Source: Polyangia bacterium
GTDB taxonomy: Bacteria > Myxococcota_A > Polyangia > Fen-1088
NCBI GenBank assembly: GCA_035578045.1
Contig: DATJWP010000104.1
Location: 283-64,282, forward strand
Reading direction: 5' to 3'
Length of the DNA stretch: 64,000 nucleotides
Both the position numbers and the translations under genes were made by a program. Below are positions 30,536-38,464 of this stretch, one piece after another. Position 1 is the first letter of the stretch; each line of letters begins with the position of its first letter. The notes below the pieces were generated by a model that had not been told where the DNA came from, made no database searches, and saw nothing but the letters and a program-made list of their open reading frames with translations.

Positions 30536-31216
30536 GTGGAGCTGACACCCGAGCAGAGAGAAGCCGCGGTGGCGGCGCTGGGCTTCGACGAGATCGGCCG
30601 CTCGACCGAGGGGCGGCCCATCGTCGCCCGGCGCTTCGGCGGCCCGGGTCCCCCGCTGCTGCTCATGGGCGGCATCCACGGCGACGAGCCCGCCAGCGTG
30701 GACGCGCTGCTCCATCTGCTCGAGCGGTTGCCGCCGGCTGGCCTGCCGCCGTTCTGGCTGCTTCCGGCCGCCAATCCGGACGGGCTGCGGTCCGGGCGCA
30801 AGAACTCGGCGCGCGACGTCGACCTGAACCGCAACTTCCCGGCGCGCTCGTTCCGCGCCGACCACGCGCCCGGCTACTGGCCCGGGCCGGGGCCGCTCTC
30901 GGAGCCCGAGACCCGGGCCGTCGCCGCGTTGATCGACCAGCAGGGCGTACGGGGGGCGGTGGCGGTCCATGCGCCGTTCGCCTGCGTCAACTTCGACGGG
31001 CCCGCCGCCGACTGGGCCCAGGCGGTGTCTCGCGCCTGTGGCTGGCCGGCGCGCGCGGACATCGGCTACCCGACGCCGGGGTCGTTCGGCTCGTGGCTGG
31101 GACTGGACCGGGGGACCCCCGTCCTGACCCTCGAGCTGCCGCCCGGCCCGCTGGCTGGTTTTCGGGTGGCGGCGGCCGCGGCGCTCGACGCTGCGCTGGC
31201 CTGGGCCCCCCCCTGA
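30536..31216 (+). CDS. M14-family zinc carboxypeptidase-like protein (MpaA-like)
   Basis: 226 aa. GGIHGDEPAS, ANPDG and DVDLNRNFP motifs are typical of M14 peptidases. Confidence 0.75.
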   Translation: MELTPEQREAAVAALGFDEIGRSTEGRPIVARRFGGPGPPLLLMGGIHGDEPASVDALLHLLERLPPAGLPPFWLLPAANPDGLRSGRKNSARDVDLNRNFPARSFRADHAPGYWPGPGPLSEPETRAVAALIDQQGVRGAVAVHAPFACVNFDGPAADWAQAVSRACGWPARADIGYPTPGSFGSWLGLDRGTPVLTLELPPGPLAGFRVAAAAALDAALAWAPP

Positions 31217-31306
31217 AGGCCTCAAGCTGCCTCTCGCCCGATCGAGCTTCCGGGCTATACTGCTTGACAGGTGGGTGGGGGTCGTACTTCTCTGGCCCTT
31301 CTCGCA

Positions 31307-31891
31307 ATGGACAACAAGGAGCGTACGTTTCTGGAGACGATGTCGAGGGCCCTCGTCTCTCTGCCCTTCGACCTCAAGATCCTGCTGGAGGCGGTTGCCG
31401 ACTCCGATCTCGAGCGCCCCGTGCGCGAGATGGCGGTCGGGACGGTCGTGCACATGATCACGCCGAAGGACGGGAACGTCGAGGCGCCCCTCCGCTTCGC
31501 CGAGGACGTGGTGCAGCTCCGGCTGGCCACCGCCAAGATCGCCGCCGAGGGCGGCGAAGGCGCGCCGGCCTTCCGCGATCGCTTCGCCGAGGACTTCTCG
31601 CGCTTCGAGCAGGAGCTGGTCCTGTTCCGCAGCGTGCTAGGCGACGACATCGTGGACTGGCTGGACACCCGCTGGGGCTCGTTCGGCAAGGGCGTCTACG
31701 CCAAGAAGAAGATCTCGCAGTTCGTCGACGACGAAGAGCTGGGCACGTTTCTGTACGACGAAGGCTCGAAGTTCGGGACGCTCTACCCGATCAGCGAGAA
31801 GTCGCTGGCCGGTCGCGTGAAGCAGGCGCAGCCGTTCATCGATCACCTTGCGCGCAAACGCGATCAGGACAAGAAGAAGATCACGTCGTAG
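31307..31891 (+). CDS. hypothetical protein
   Basis: Coding-like ORF with high GC3 and balanced composition. The start was chosen at MDNKERTF (track start 31271). No family recognised. Confidence 0.55.
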   Translation: MDNKERTFLETMSRALVSLPFDLKILLEAVADSDLERPVREMAVGTVVHMITPKDGNVEAPLRFAEDVVQLRLATAKIAAEGGEGAPAFRDRFAEDFSRFEQELVLFRSVLGDDIVDWLDTRWGSFGKGVYAKKKISQFVDDEELGTFLYDEGSKFGTLYPISEKSLAGRVKQAQPFIDHLARKRDQDKKKITS

Positions 31892-31921
31892 GACCGCGGC
31901 GTTTCTGAAGGACGACTCGAC

Positions 31922-32845
31922 GTGTCGCGCGGCTTGATAGCAGCCGGCGCCGGGCATGATTCGCCGGCGGCGTTGCTGGACGTGGCCGTGGCGGTGGCGC
32001 AGGGAGCGCCGCCGCCGCCGCCTGAGATCACCGCGGCCGCCCGCCCGGCGGCGCCGCTGCTGGCGCACCTGCCGCCCGACAAGCTGCGTGGCGCGCTCGA
32101 GGCGGTGATCATGGCGCGCGCGCTGGACGCCGGGCTGCAGTGGATGCACGAGGCCGGCGTGCTGGGCGTCCTGCTGCCGGAGCTGGAGGCGACCGTCGAC
32201 TTCTCGCAGGAGGCCGGACGGCGCCACAAGGACGTCTGGGAGCACACCAAGCTGGTGGTGGTCCAGTCGGTGGCGAACCCGATCGTCCGCTGGGCGGCGC
32301 TGCTCCACGACATCGGTAAGGTCCCGACGCGGGTCCTGCTGCCCGACGGGCGCGTGACGTTTCACCGCCACGCCGAGGTCGGCGCGCGCATGTGGGATCC
32401 GATCGCCCGCCGGCTGGCGTTCGACAAGACCGAGCGGCGCGACATCCGGTTCCTGGTCATGAACCACCTGCGCGCCAACGCGTACGAGCCCGGCTGGACC
32501 GACGCGGCGGTGCGGCGGTTCGACAAGGAGATGGGCGAGCACCTCCAGGATCTGCTCGACCTCTCCTGCGCCGACGTCACGTCCCGGCGGCCCGGGCGGC
32601 GGCAAGAGGCGATCGACAACATCCACGCGCTCAAGGACCGCATCCTGGCGATCCGTGAGCTGGACGCGCGCATCCCACCGCTGCCGGCCGGCCTGGGAAA
32701 CGCGATCATGGAGACCTTCAACCTGCCGCCCTCCAAGCGGATCGGCGACCTGCGCAAGCTGTGCGAGGACGCGGTCGAGCGGGGCGAGCTGGAAGAGCGC
32801 CGCGACGCCGCCTACTACATCGAGTTCCTGCGCGAAAAGATCTGA
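31922..32845 (+). CDS. HD-domain protein related to the C-terminal part of CCA-adding / poly(A) polymerase family enzymes
   Basis: 307 aa. HKDVWEHTKLVV...AALLHDIGKVPT...FHRHAEVG HD motifs. No N-terminal nucleotidyltransferase head is visible. GTG start. Confidence 0.75.
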   Translation: MSRGLIAAGAGHDSPAALLDVAVAVAQGAPPPPPEITAAARPAAPLLAHLPPDKLRGALEAVIMARALDAGLQWMHEAGVLGVLLPELEATVDFSQEAGRRHKDVWEHTKLVVVQSVANPIVRWAALLHDIGKVPTRVLLPDGRVTFHRHAEVGARMWDPIARRLAFDKTERRDIRFLVMNHLRANAYEPGWTDAAVRRFDKEMGEHLQDLLDLSCADVTSRRPGRRQEAIDNIHALKDRILAIRELDARIPPLPAGLGNAIMETFNLPPSKRIGDLRKLCEDAVERGELEERRDAAYYIEFLREKI

Positions 32846-32848
32846 TGC

Positions 32849-33505
32849 TTACCCGGTTAGCGCCCGCAAAAGGTCCCGTCGAAACGCCTGAAACGCACCG
32901 AGCCCATCGAGTACGGACAGACTGGAGAGGTTCGCGAGGCTCGACCTCACCTCACTCGGCACCGCGTTTCGCGACTGCGATATCCACTCGGCCAGAAATT
33001 GCTTCGCTTGACCAGGCTGGAGCGCCTCTATCGCTGGCGGCTGCGCTGGAATCGGTTCGAGAACCTTAGCGACGGCGCCGTGATCGGCGATCAGCCACCC
33101 TTCAAACTCGGGTGCCGGAACCGCGACAACGACACGTACACTGATTCCCTCTTCAATGTAGCTCTCAAGTAGTTGCTTGCGGCCGGACGTGCCGTCGTCG
33201 TCGACGAACACCACGGCTAGATCTGGCCGTCTCTCCGGACCGGGCCAGGTCAGCAGCCGCCGCAGCGAACGCTCAACCAGCAGGTCACTTCCTCGCGGAT
33301 GACGGCCCGTTCGTAGGCGTAGGGGCGAGAGAAATCGGACCGCGTTCTGGGGTACGCCGGTGCCGTGAGCAATTGCACGCCGCACCAAGTGATGCGCTGG
33401 ACCAAGATGAGACTCTTCAAGTGCTTCACCCGGAGGGGGAAGCCAACTCTGTTCGCCGACTGAGTCAGCGGGCCCCTCGGCGTACACGACGACGCGAACA
33501 GACAC
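32849..33505 (-). CDS. DUF4276-like protein with Toprim-like E / DxD motifs
   Basis: From GTG 33505: (M)SVRVVVYAEGPADS..., LAVVFVDDDGTSG and VRVVVAVPAPEFEGWLIADHGAV. The gene starts 7 nt after the ATPase stop. The track ATG at 33574 would overlap the ATPase gene by 62 nt. GC content is low. Confidence 0.7.
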   Translation of the reverse strand: MSVRVVVYAEGPADSVGEQSWLPPPGEALEESHLGPAHHLVRRAIAHGTGVPQNAVRFLSPLRLRTGRHPRGSDLLVERSLRRLLTWPGPERRPDLAVVFVDDDGTSGRKQLLESYIEEGISVRVVVAVPAPEFEGWLIADHGAVAKVLEPIPAQPPAIEALQPGQAKQFLAEWISQSRNAVPSEVRSSLANLSSLSVLDGLGAFQAFRRDLLRALTG

Positions 33506-33512
33506 CTGTCGA

Positions 33513-34400
33513 CTATCCGCCGGGAACGCCGCCAAGCGCACCAGAAAGCCAAAGCCCGCCCAACGATCCTTCATACTCGCGAACGGACTTCGCCCAGTCG
33601 GCCGACTCAGTAGGCGCCCGTTCGACCTGTGTCGTCCCGTCGGATTCGCGGCGGCTCACAAACCTGACTTCATGGGGGAGAGCAAATTCCAACAGCTCGG
33701 CAGAGTGAGTTGCGAGGATCACCTGTATGGTTTTCGGGCCGAGTCTACCCAGGGCAAGATCGCGTAAAGACTCGATCAGCTTGCCAAGCAAATAGGGATG
33801 GAGCCCACGTTCGGGTTCTTCAATCGCGATCACATCGACCGGTTGTGGCTGATGCTCCACCAGCAACAGGGCCAACATCAGCATGCTGCCGTCCGAAACC
33901 TGAGTAGGCTCGTACCAGAGCTCAGGACTCCATCGATCCTGAAAGACCAGTCGATGGTTGCCTGGATTTTGAGGCGATGGCCGAGTAGCCACGTCGCGGT
34001 ACATGGGAACGAGCTTGGTGAAATGTGCGACGAGCGCGTTCTGTTCCTCTCGTGTCAGGGTCGCAAACACGTTGGTGAGATTCGTGCCCGTCTCGTCCAG
34101 CCTTCTCGCCTCCTGAACGACATTCGGGTATCGAATCTTCTCCACGTCCAAGTGCAGCAACTGGAAAGCATGGCTCGCTGACCGGATAGGCGTCCGACGC
34201 CCCTCGGAAATCACTTCGATGACCGCGGAGCCTTTGTTACGCCAGGCGTTTGTGCCGTCCAAAGCAATATCGGGACGAAGGGTCGATATGAGCGAACTCT
34301 TCCCGGACGCGTTAGGACCAACGAGGATGGTCAGGGGTTCGAAGTCTACGTCGACGCTGGCAAGGCATCGAAAGTTCCGAATTATTGCCCGCGAAATCAT
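33513..34400 (-). CDS. compact ABC/SMC-type (AAA_21/AAA_15-like) ATPase
   Basis: 295 aa. MISRAIIRNFRCL, Walker A GPNASGKSS, signature-like QVSDGSMLMLALL, Walker B VDVIAIEEPERGLHP and H-loop ILATHS. GC is about 53% against about 70-80% in the flanks. Confidence 0.85.
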   Translation of the reverse strand: MISRAIIRNFRCLASVDVDFEPLTILVGPNASGKSSLISTLRPDIALDGTNAWRNKGSAVIEVISEGRRTPIRSASHAFQLLHLDVEKIRYPNVVQEARRLDETGTNLTNVFATLTREEQNALVAHFTKLVPMYRDVATRPSPQNPGNHRLVFQDRWSPELWYEPTQVSDGSMLMLALLLVEHQPQPVDVIAIEEPERGLHPYLLGKLIESLRDLALGRLGPKTIQVILATHSAELLEFALPHEVRFVSRRESDGTTQVERAPTESADWAKSVREYEGSLGGLWLSGALGGVPGG

Positions 34401-34638
34401 CCGGGAAACAGTTTACCAGCGGGAGCCGAACAGCGCGAATCACGCAGGACGCTGAGCGGTCTGCCAATCCTCTGCGCCGCGAATCAGGCGCCCTATCGCC
34501 GACGCTCTCGAGCGGCTCGCCTTCTTCGATCCGCGCCACTCCAACGCCGCTTGTGGCCGAAACGCCAGAGCGAGCATCGCGAGCGGGTTCCTTGGCGGGA
34601 GCGCAGGCTTTGCCCGCGCGGAGCGCCTCACAAACGGG

Positions 34639-35130
34639 GTGGGCCCGCGGGAGGGAACACCCTCCCGCGGAGCGGAGCGCGGCGACGCCGGTCGAGCGCT
34701 GCTGTTCGCAAACCGCAGCCGGCGTGAGGTCGAGCAGGCGCTGGTGCTGCTGGAAGGCGCCTGCGGCGGCGGCGACTTGCGGGCCTGCAGGACTCTCGGC
34801 GACTGGTACGGGCAGAGCCAGGACCGGACGTCACAGGCACGCGCCCAGGACCTCTTGACGCGGGCCTGCAAGGGCGGCCTGGCAGACGCCTGCCCCCTCC
34901 CCGCTGACGCGCCCACGCCCCGAGCGGCGACGACAGCGGACTGCAGCCAGACGACGTGCCAGGACCGTCAGGCCATCCGAAGAAGCACTGACCGCCCTAA
35001 TCCCAGTCGCCGACGCCCTCGAGGGGCTCGCCCTTTTCCCAGTGCTCGAGGTTGCGCTTTTGCCGGCGCAGGTTGCGGACCTGGAACACCAGCCAGACGA
35101 CACACCCCAGAGACACCAGCAGCACGATGA
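34639..35130 (+). pseudogene. Sel1-like Cys-rich repeat remnant
   Basis: EQALVLLEGACGGGDLRACRTLGDWYGQSQDRTSQARAQDLLTRACKGGLADAC resembles Sel1-type repeats. There is no convincing start, and the same frame stays open upstream to about 34501. Third-codon GC collapses after about 34960, where the opposite strand looks coding. Confidence 0.3.
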
Positions 35131-35149
35131 TCAGCGCGGGGAGCGGCAT
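34997..35149 (-). CDS. small (50 aa) single-pass membrane protein, not in the ORF track
   Basis: MPLPALIIVLLVSLGCVVWLVFQVRNLRRQKRNLEHWEKGEPLEGVGDWD: one hydrophobic helix plus a charged tail. 45 of 50 codons end in G/C, which is genome-like. No clear Shine-Dalgarno. Confidence 0.45.
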   Translation of the reverse strand: MPLPALIIVLLVSLGCVVWLVFQVRNLRRQKRNLEHWEKGEPLEGVGDWD

Positions 35150-35196
35150 TCGGGAAGAGTTTGAACCGGGGCGGCGGCGAATGCCAGACTCGGGCC

Positions 35197-36132
35197 ATGC
35201 CGGAGCTGCCCGATCTGGTCCACGTCCAGGACGTCCTCAGCCGGACGCTGGCCGGCCAGACCATCACGGGCGCGCGCACCGGTGACCCCACCGTGCTCCG
35301 GCTGATGGTCCGCGAGCCTTTTCCGCAGGTGCTGGTGGGGCGCCGGCTGGCCTCGGTCGAGCGGCGGGGGCACTTCATGCGGTTCGCCGTGGGCGACGAT
35401 CTGGTGATCGTCATCAACGCGATGTTGGTCGGCCGCTACAAGCTCGTCCCGCCGGCGCCGGAAGCCGACCGGAAGAAGGACCCGCGCGCGCTGGGGCTGG
35501 CGCTGTCGTTCGACGAAGGCCCGGAGCTGCAGTACCTGGACGAAAAGCGAATGGGCAAGGTCTACGTGGCGCGCGCCGCTGACGAGGGTCAGATCCCCGT
35601 CTACGGCCAGCTGGGGGCCGACCTGCTCTCGCCGGCCTTCACGCGCGAGGCGTTCGGCAAGATCTTCGCCAAGCGGCGCGATCAGGTGCGGCCGTTCCTG
35701 ATGGACAAGCGCGCGCTCTCGTCGATCGGAAACGCTTACGCCGACGAGATCCTGTACGCGGCCGGCATCCACCCCAAGGCCTTCTGTCGCAAGCTCGAGC
35801 CGGCCGCGGTCGACGCGCTGTACGGCGCGATCGGGCGGGTGCTGACCGAGGCGATCGCGGAGATCCGGCGGCGCGACGAGCCGCCGGAGGTCAAGGTGCG
35901 CGACTTCCTGAAGGTGCGCGGGCGCGACGGCAAGCCCTGCCAGGTCTGCGGAACGACGATCCGCGCGGTGCGGGTGGGCGACGGCGACGCCTGCTTCTGC
36001 CCGACCTGCCAGCCCGAGACCCGCAAGCTGTTCGTGAGCTGGTCGGGACTGGACGCCAAGAGAAACGACGCCAACAAGAACCACAACCAGAAGAACGACG
36101 GCGAGAAGGCCGCTCAGCCGCGCAAGGCGTAG
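35197..36132 (+). CDS. mutM: formamidopyrimidine-DNA glycosylase (Fpg/Nei family) with a C-terminal extension
   Basis: From ATG 35197: MPELPDLVHVQDVL (catalytic N-terminal Pro). H2TH region, zinc finger CQVCGTTI...CFCPTCQ, then a roughly 38-aa K/N-rich tail. Confidence 0.85.
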   Translation: MPELPDLVHVQDVLSRTLAGQTITGARTGDPTVLRLMVREPFPQVLVGRRLASVERRGHFMRFAVGDDLVIVINAMLVGRYKLVPPAPEADRKKDPRALGLALSFDEGPELQYLDEKRMGKVYVARAADEGQIPVYGQLGADLLSPAFTREAFGKIFAKRRDQVRPFLMDKRALSSIGNAYADEILYAAGIHPKAFCRKLEPAAVDALYGAIGRVLTEAIAEIRRRDEPPEVKVRDFLKVRGRDGKPCQVCGTTIRAVRVGDGDACFCPTCQPETRKLFVSWSGLDAKRNDANKNHNQKNDGEKAAQPRKA

Positions 36133-36887
36133 AGGAAGATCGCGGCGGCGGTCGCGACGTTCAGGGAGTCGGCCTGCGGCGACATCGGGATCGTCACGAG
36201 GTGATCGCAGGCGGCGCGCGCCGCTGCCGACAGGCCAGGCCCCTCGGCGCCCAGCAGCAGGGCGGTCCGAGGCGGGCGCGCGAACCGCCCCAGCGGGGTG
36301 GCGCCGGGATCCAGCACCGCGCCGACGACCTGAACGCCGCCGGCGCGCAGGTCGGCCAGGGCGTCGGGCCAGGCAGCGGCGCGCGCGATCGGCAGCCCGA
36401 ACACCGCGCCCAGCGAGACGCGGATCGCCTTGCGATAGAACGGATCGGCGCAGCGCGGGCTGAGCAGCAGGCCGTCGGCCCCGAACGCGGCCGCGTGGCG
36501 GGCGATGGCGCCCAGGTTGTCGACGTCGGTCAGGTCTTCCAGCGCCACGATGGTCCGGGCTTCGCGCGGCAGCTGCGGGGCGGACGGGCGTACGCCCAGG
36601 GCCAGGCAGCCGCGGTGCACGTGAAACCCGGCCACGCCGTCCAGCACAGCCTGCGGCGCCAGGTAGACGGGGAACGGTCCCACCAGCACATCCGCCAGCG
36701 TCGCCAGGCGCGGCGCCGTCAGCAGCACCGAATCGATCCCCAGCCCGCTCGCGACCAGGCGCCGGACCACCCGTTCGCTCTCGGCCACGAACCGCCCGGC
36801 CTCGATGACCGCGCGCTCTTTCAGCGCGCGGTAGCCGGCCACACGCGGGTCGTGGGGGTCGGCGATCTGGATTGGCGGCAGAGCCAC
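36114..36887 (-). CDS. TrmH/SpoU-family RNA 2'-O-methyltransferase
   Basis: 257 aa. LLLGAEGPGLSAAARAACDHLVTIPMSPQADSLNVATAAAIFLYAL, the SPOUT C-terminal motifs. Confidence 0.85.
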   Translation of the reverse strand: MALPPIQIADPHDPRVAGYRALKERAVIEAGRFVAESERVVRRLVASGLGIDSVLLTAPRLATLADVLVGPFPVYLAPQAVLDGVAGFHVHRGCLALGVRPSAPQLPREARTIVALEDLTDVDNLGAIARHAAAFGADGLLLSPRCADPFYRKAIRVSLGAVFGLPIARAAAWPDALADLRAGGVQVVGAVLDPGATPLGRFARPPRTALLLGAEGPGLSAAARAACDHLVTIPMSPQADSLNVATAAAIFLYALRG

Positions 36888-36933
36888 GTCGGAGAAAATA
36901 GTCGAACCGGCGGCCGCCTGTTACAACCAGCGC

Positions 36934-37812
36934 ATGCGGTCCCCCTGGCTGCCGATCGCAGCGGTCGCGATGCTCGGATGCTCCAGCGCCAGCTCGCCGC
37001 CCCACGGTTCGCCCGTGCTGCTGGACGTCTACTGGATCTCGGGTGGGCAGCGGACGCTGGTCTGGGCCGCCCCGCTCGCGGACGGGGGCGGGAGCCTGGC
37101 CGTCACGGTTCCCCCCGCCGGCCAGCAGGTCGACTTCGTCTTCGACCGCCGGCTGGACGGCAGCAAGATCGAGGATTCGGTCACCCAGAACGGCGTGACC
37201 GTCCAGGTGCCCAGGGCCACGCCGCCGATCGGCGTCTCGTGGGACGGCGGCGTCGACAGCACCCCGCCCTTCACCGACCAGGTCTTCTACAACACCGAGC
37301 CCTTCTACGGCGGGTCCACGGCATACGTGTTCCTGCGGCCGGGGACCACCGGTTTCCCGTCGAGCAACTCGGTCGTCTTCACGTTCGACAAGACGGCGCT
37401 CACCAGCGCGTACAACGAGCCGATGATCGGTCCCGATCAGATCGCGGTGGCGACCGGGCCCTTCACCGCGACGGTGCGCGCCCTGAGCGCGGGCGACGCG
37501 GGCAGCGCCGTCCCGACCAGCTACATGGTGCCCATCGCGTTCACGAACCGCATCACCCCCGCCGCCGTGGCCCCGTTCGTCCACGCCTCGTCGGCCGGCG
37601 TCGCGGTCCCGATCACCGTGACCGGCGACACGAGCGACCCGACCGTCGTCTATGCGACGTCCGCCTGCGCAGGCGGCTGGCCCACGGCGGCGCCGATCAC
37701 GGTGACCATCGACAGCCAGGCCCCCGACGCCTTCGGCGGCCTCCTGCAGACCGCCGCCAGCGGCACCTTCACCGCCGTCGGTGCGACCCAGGCGGGCGAC
37801 GGCGGCTGCTGA
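36934..37812 (+). CDS. hypothetical lipoprotein
   Basis: 292 aa. Lipoprotein signal MRSPWLPIAAVAMLGCSS, beta-rich, no family recognised. Confidence 0.6.
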   Translation: MRSPWLPIAAVAMLGCSSASSPPHGSPVLLDVYWISGGQRTLVWAAPLADGGGSLAVTVPPAGQQVDFVFDRRLDGSKIEDSVTQNGVTVQVPRATPPIGVSWDGGVDSTPPFTDQVFYNTEPFYGGSTAYVFLRPGTTGFPSSNSVVFTFDKTALTSAYNEPMIGPDQIAVATGPFTATVRALSAGDAGSAVPTSYMVPIAFTNRITPAAVAPFVHASSAGVAVPITVTGDTSDPTVVYATSACAGGWPTAAPITVTIDSQAPDAFGGLLQTAASGTFTAVGATQAGDGGC

Positions 37813-37825
37813 CTACGGAGGCGGC

Positions 37826-38464
37826 CTAGAACGTTCGACCGAACACGTCGGCGAACGTCTCGCGGACGGCGGCCTTCATGTCGTCGACCGGCACGGTGTG
37901 CCCGAGCTCGCTGCTCACCGACGCCATCACCGAGGCGTCCAGGCCGCAGGGGTTGATGGCGGCGAAGCGCGAGAGATCGGTCGAGACGTTGAGCGCGAAG
38001 CCGTGCATGGTGACCCAGCGCTTCACCGCCACGCCGATCGACGCCAGCTTGCGCGCGCCGCCCACCGTCCAGACGCCGGTCCAGCCGCTCTTGCGGTCGC
38101 CCTCCAGGCCGAAGCGGCCGACCGCCAGGATGAGCGCCTCTTCCAGGTTGCGCAGGTAGCGGTGCAGATCGCGCTCGTCGGGGCGTAGCAGGAAGATCGG
38201 GTACCCGACCAGCTGCCCGGGGCCGTGATAGGTCACGTCGCCGCCCCGCTCGATCTCGAACAGCGGAACCCCGTCCATGGCCAGCAGGTTCTCGCGGTGG
38301 GCGCTGCGGCCCGCCGTGACGACGTGGGGATGCTCGACGAACACCAGCGTGTCGGGGATCTCGTCGCGCTGGCGCGCGGTCACCAGGTCGCGCTGCATCG
38401 CCCAGACCTCGCCGTACTCGCGGGTGCCCAGGTCCAGGAGGCGCGCGGGGAGTGGCTCCTTCAC
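37826..38464 (-). CDS. lipB: lipoyl(octanoyl) transferase
   Basis: 212 aa. FVEHPHVVTAGRS...ERGGDVTYHGPGQLVGYPI...KLASIGV. Overlaps the lpdA stop by 4 nt. Confidence 0.9.
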   Translation of the reverse strand: MKEPLPARLLDLGTREYGEVWAMQRDLVTARQRDEIPDTLVFVEHPHVVTAGRSAHRENLLAMDGVPLFEIERGGDVTYHGPGQLVGYPIFLLRPDERDLHRYLRNLEEALILAVGRFGLEGDRKSGWTGVWTVGGARKLASIGVAVKRWVTMHGFALNVSTDLSRFAAINPCGLDASVMASVSSELGHTVPVDDMKAAVRETFADVFGRTF

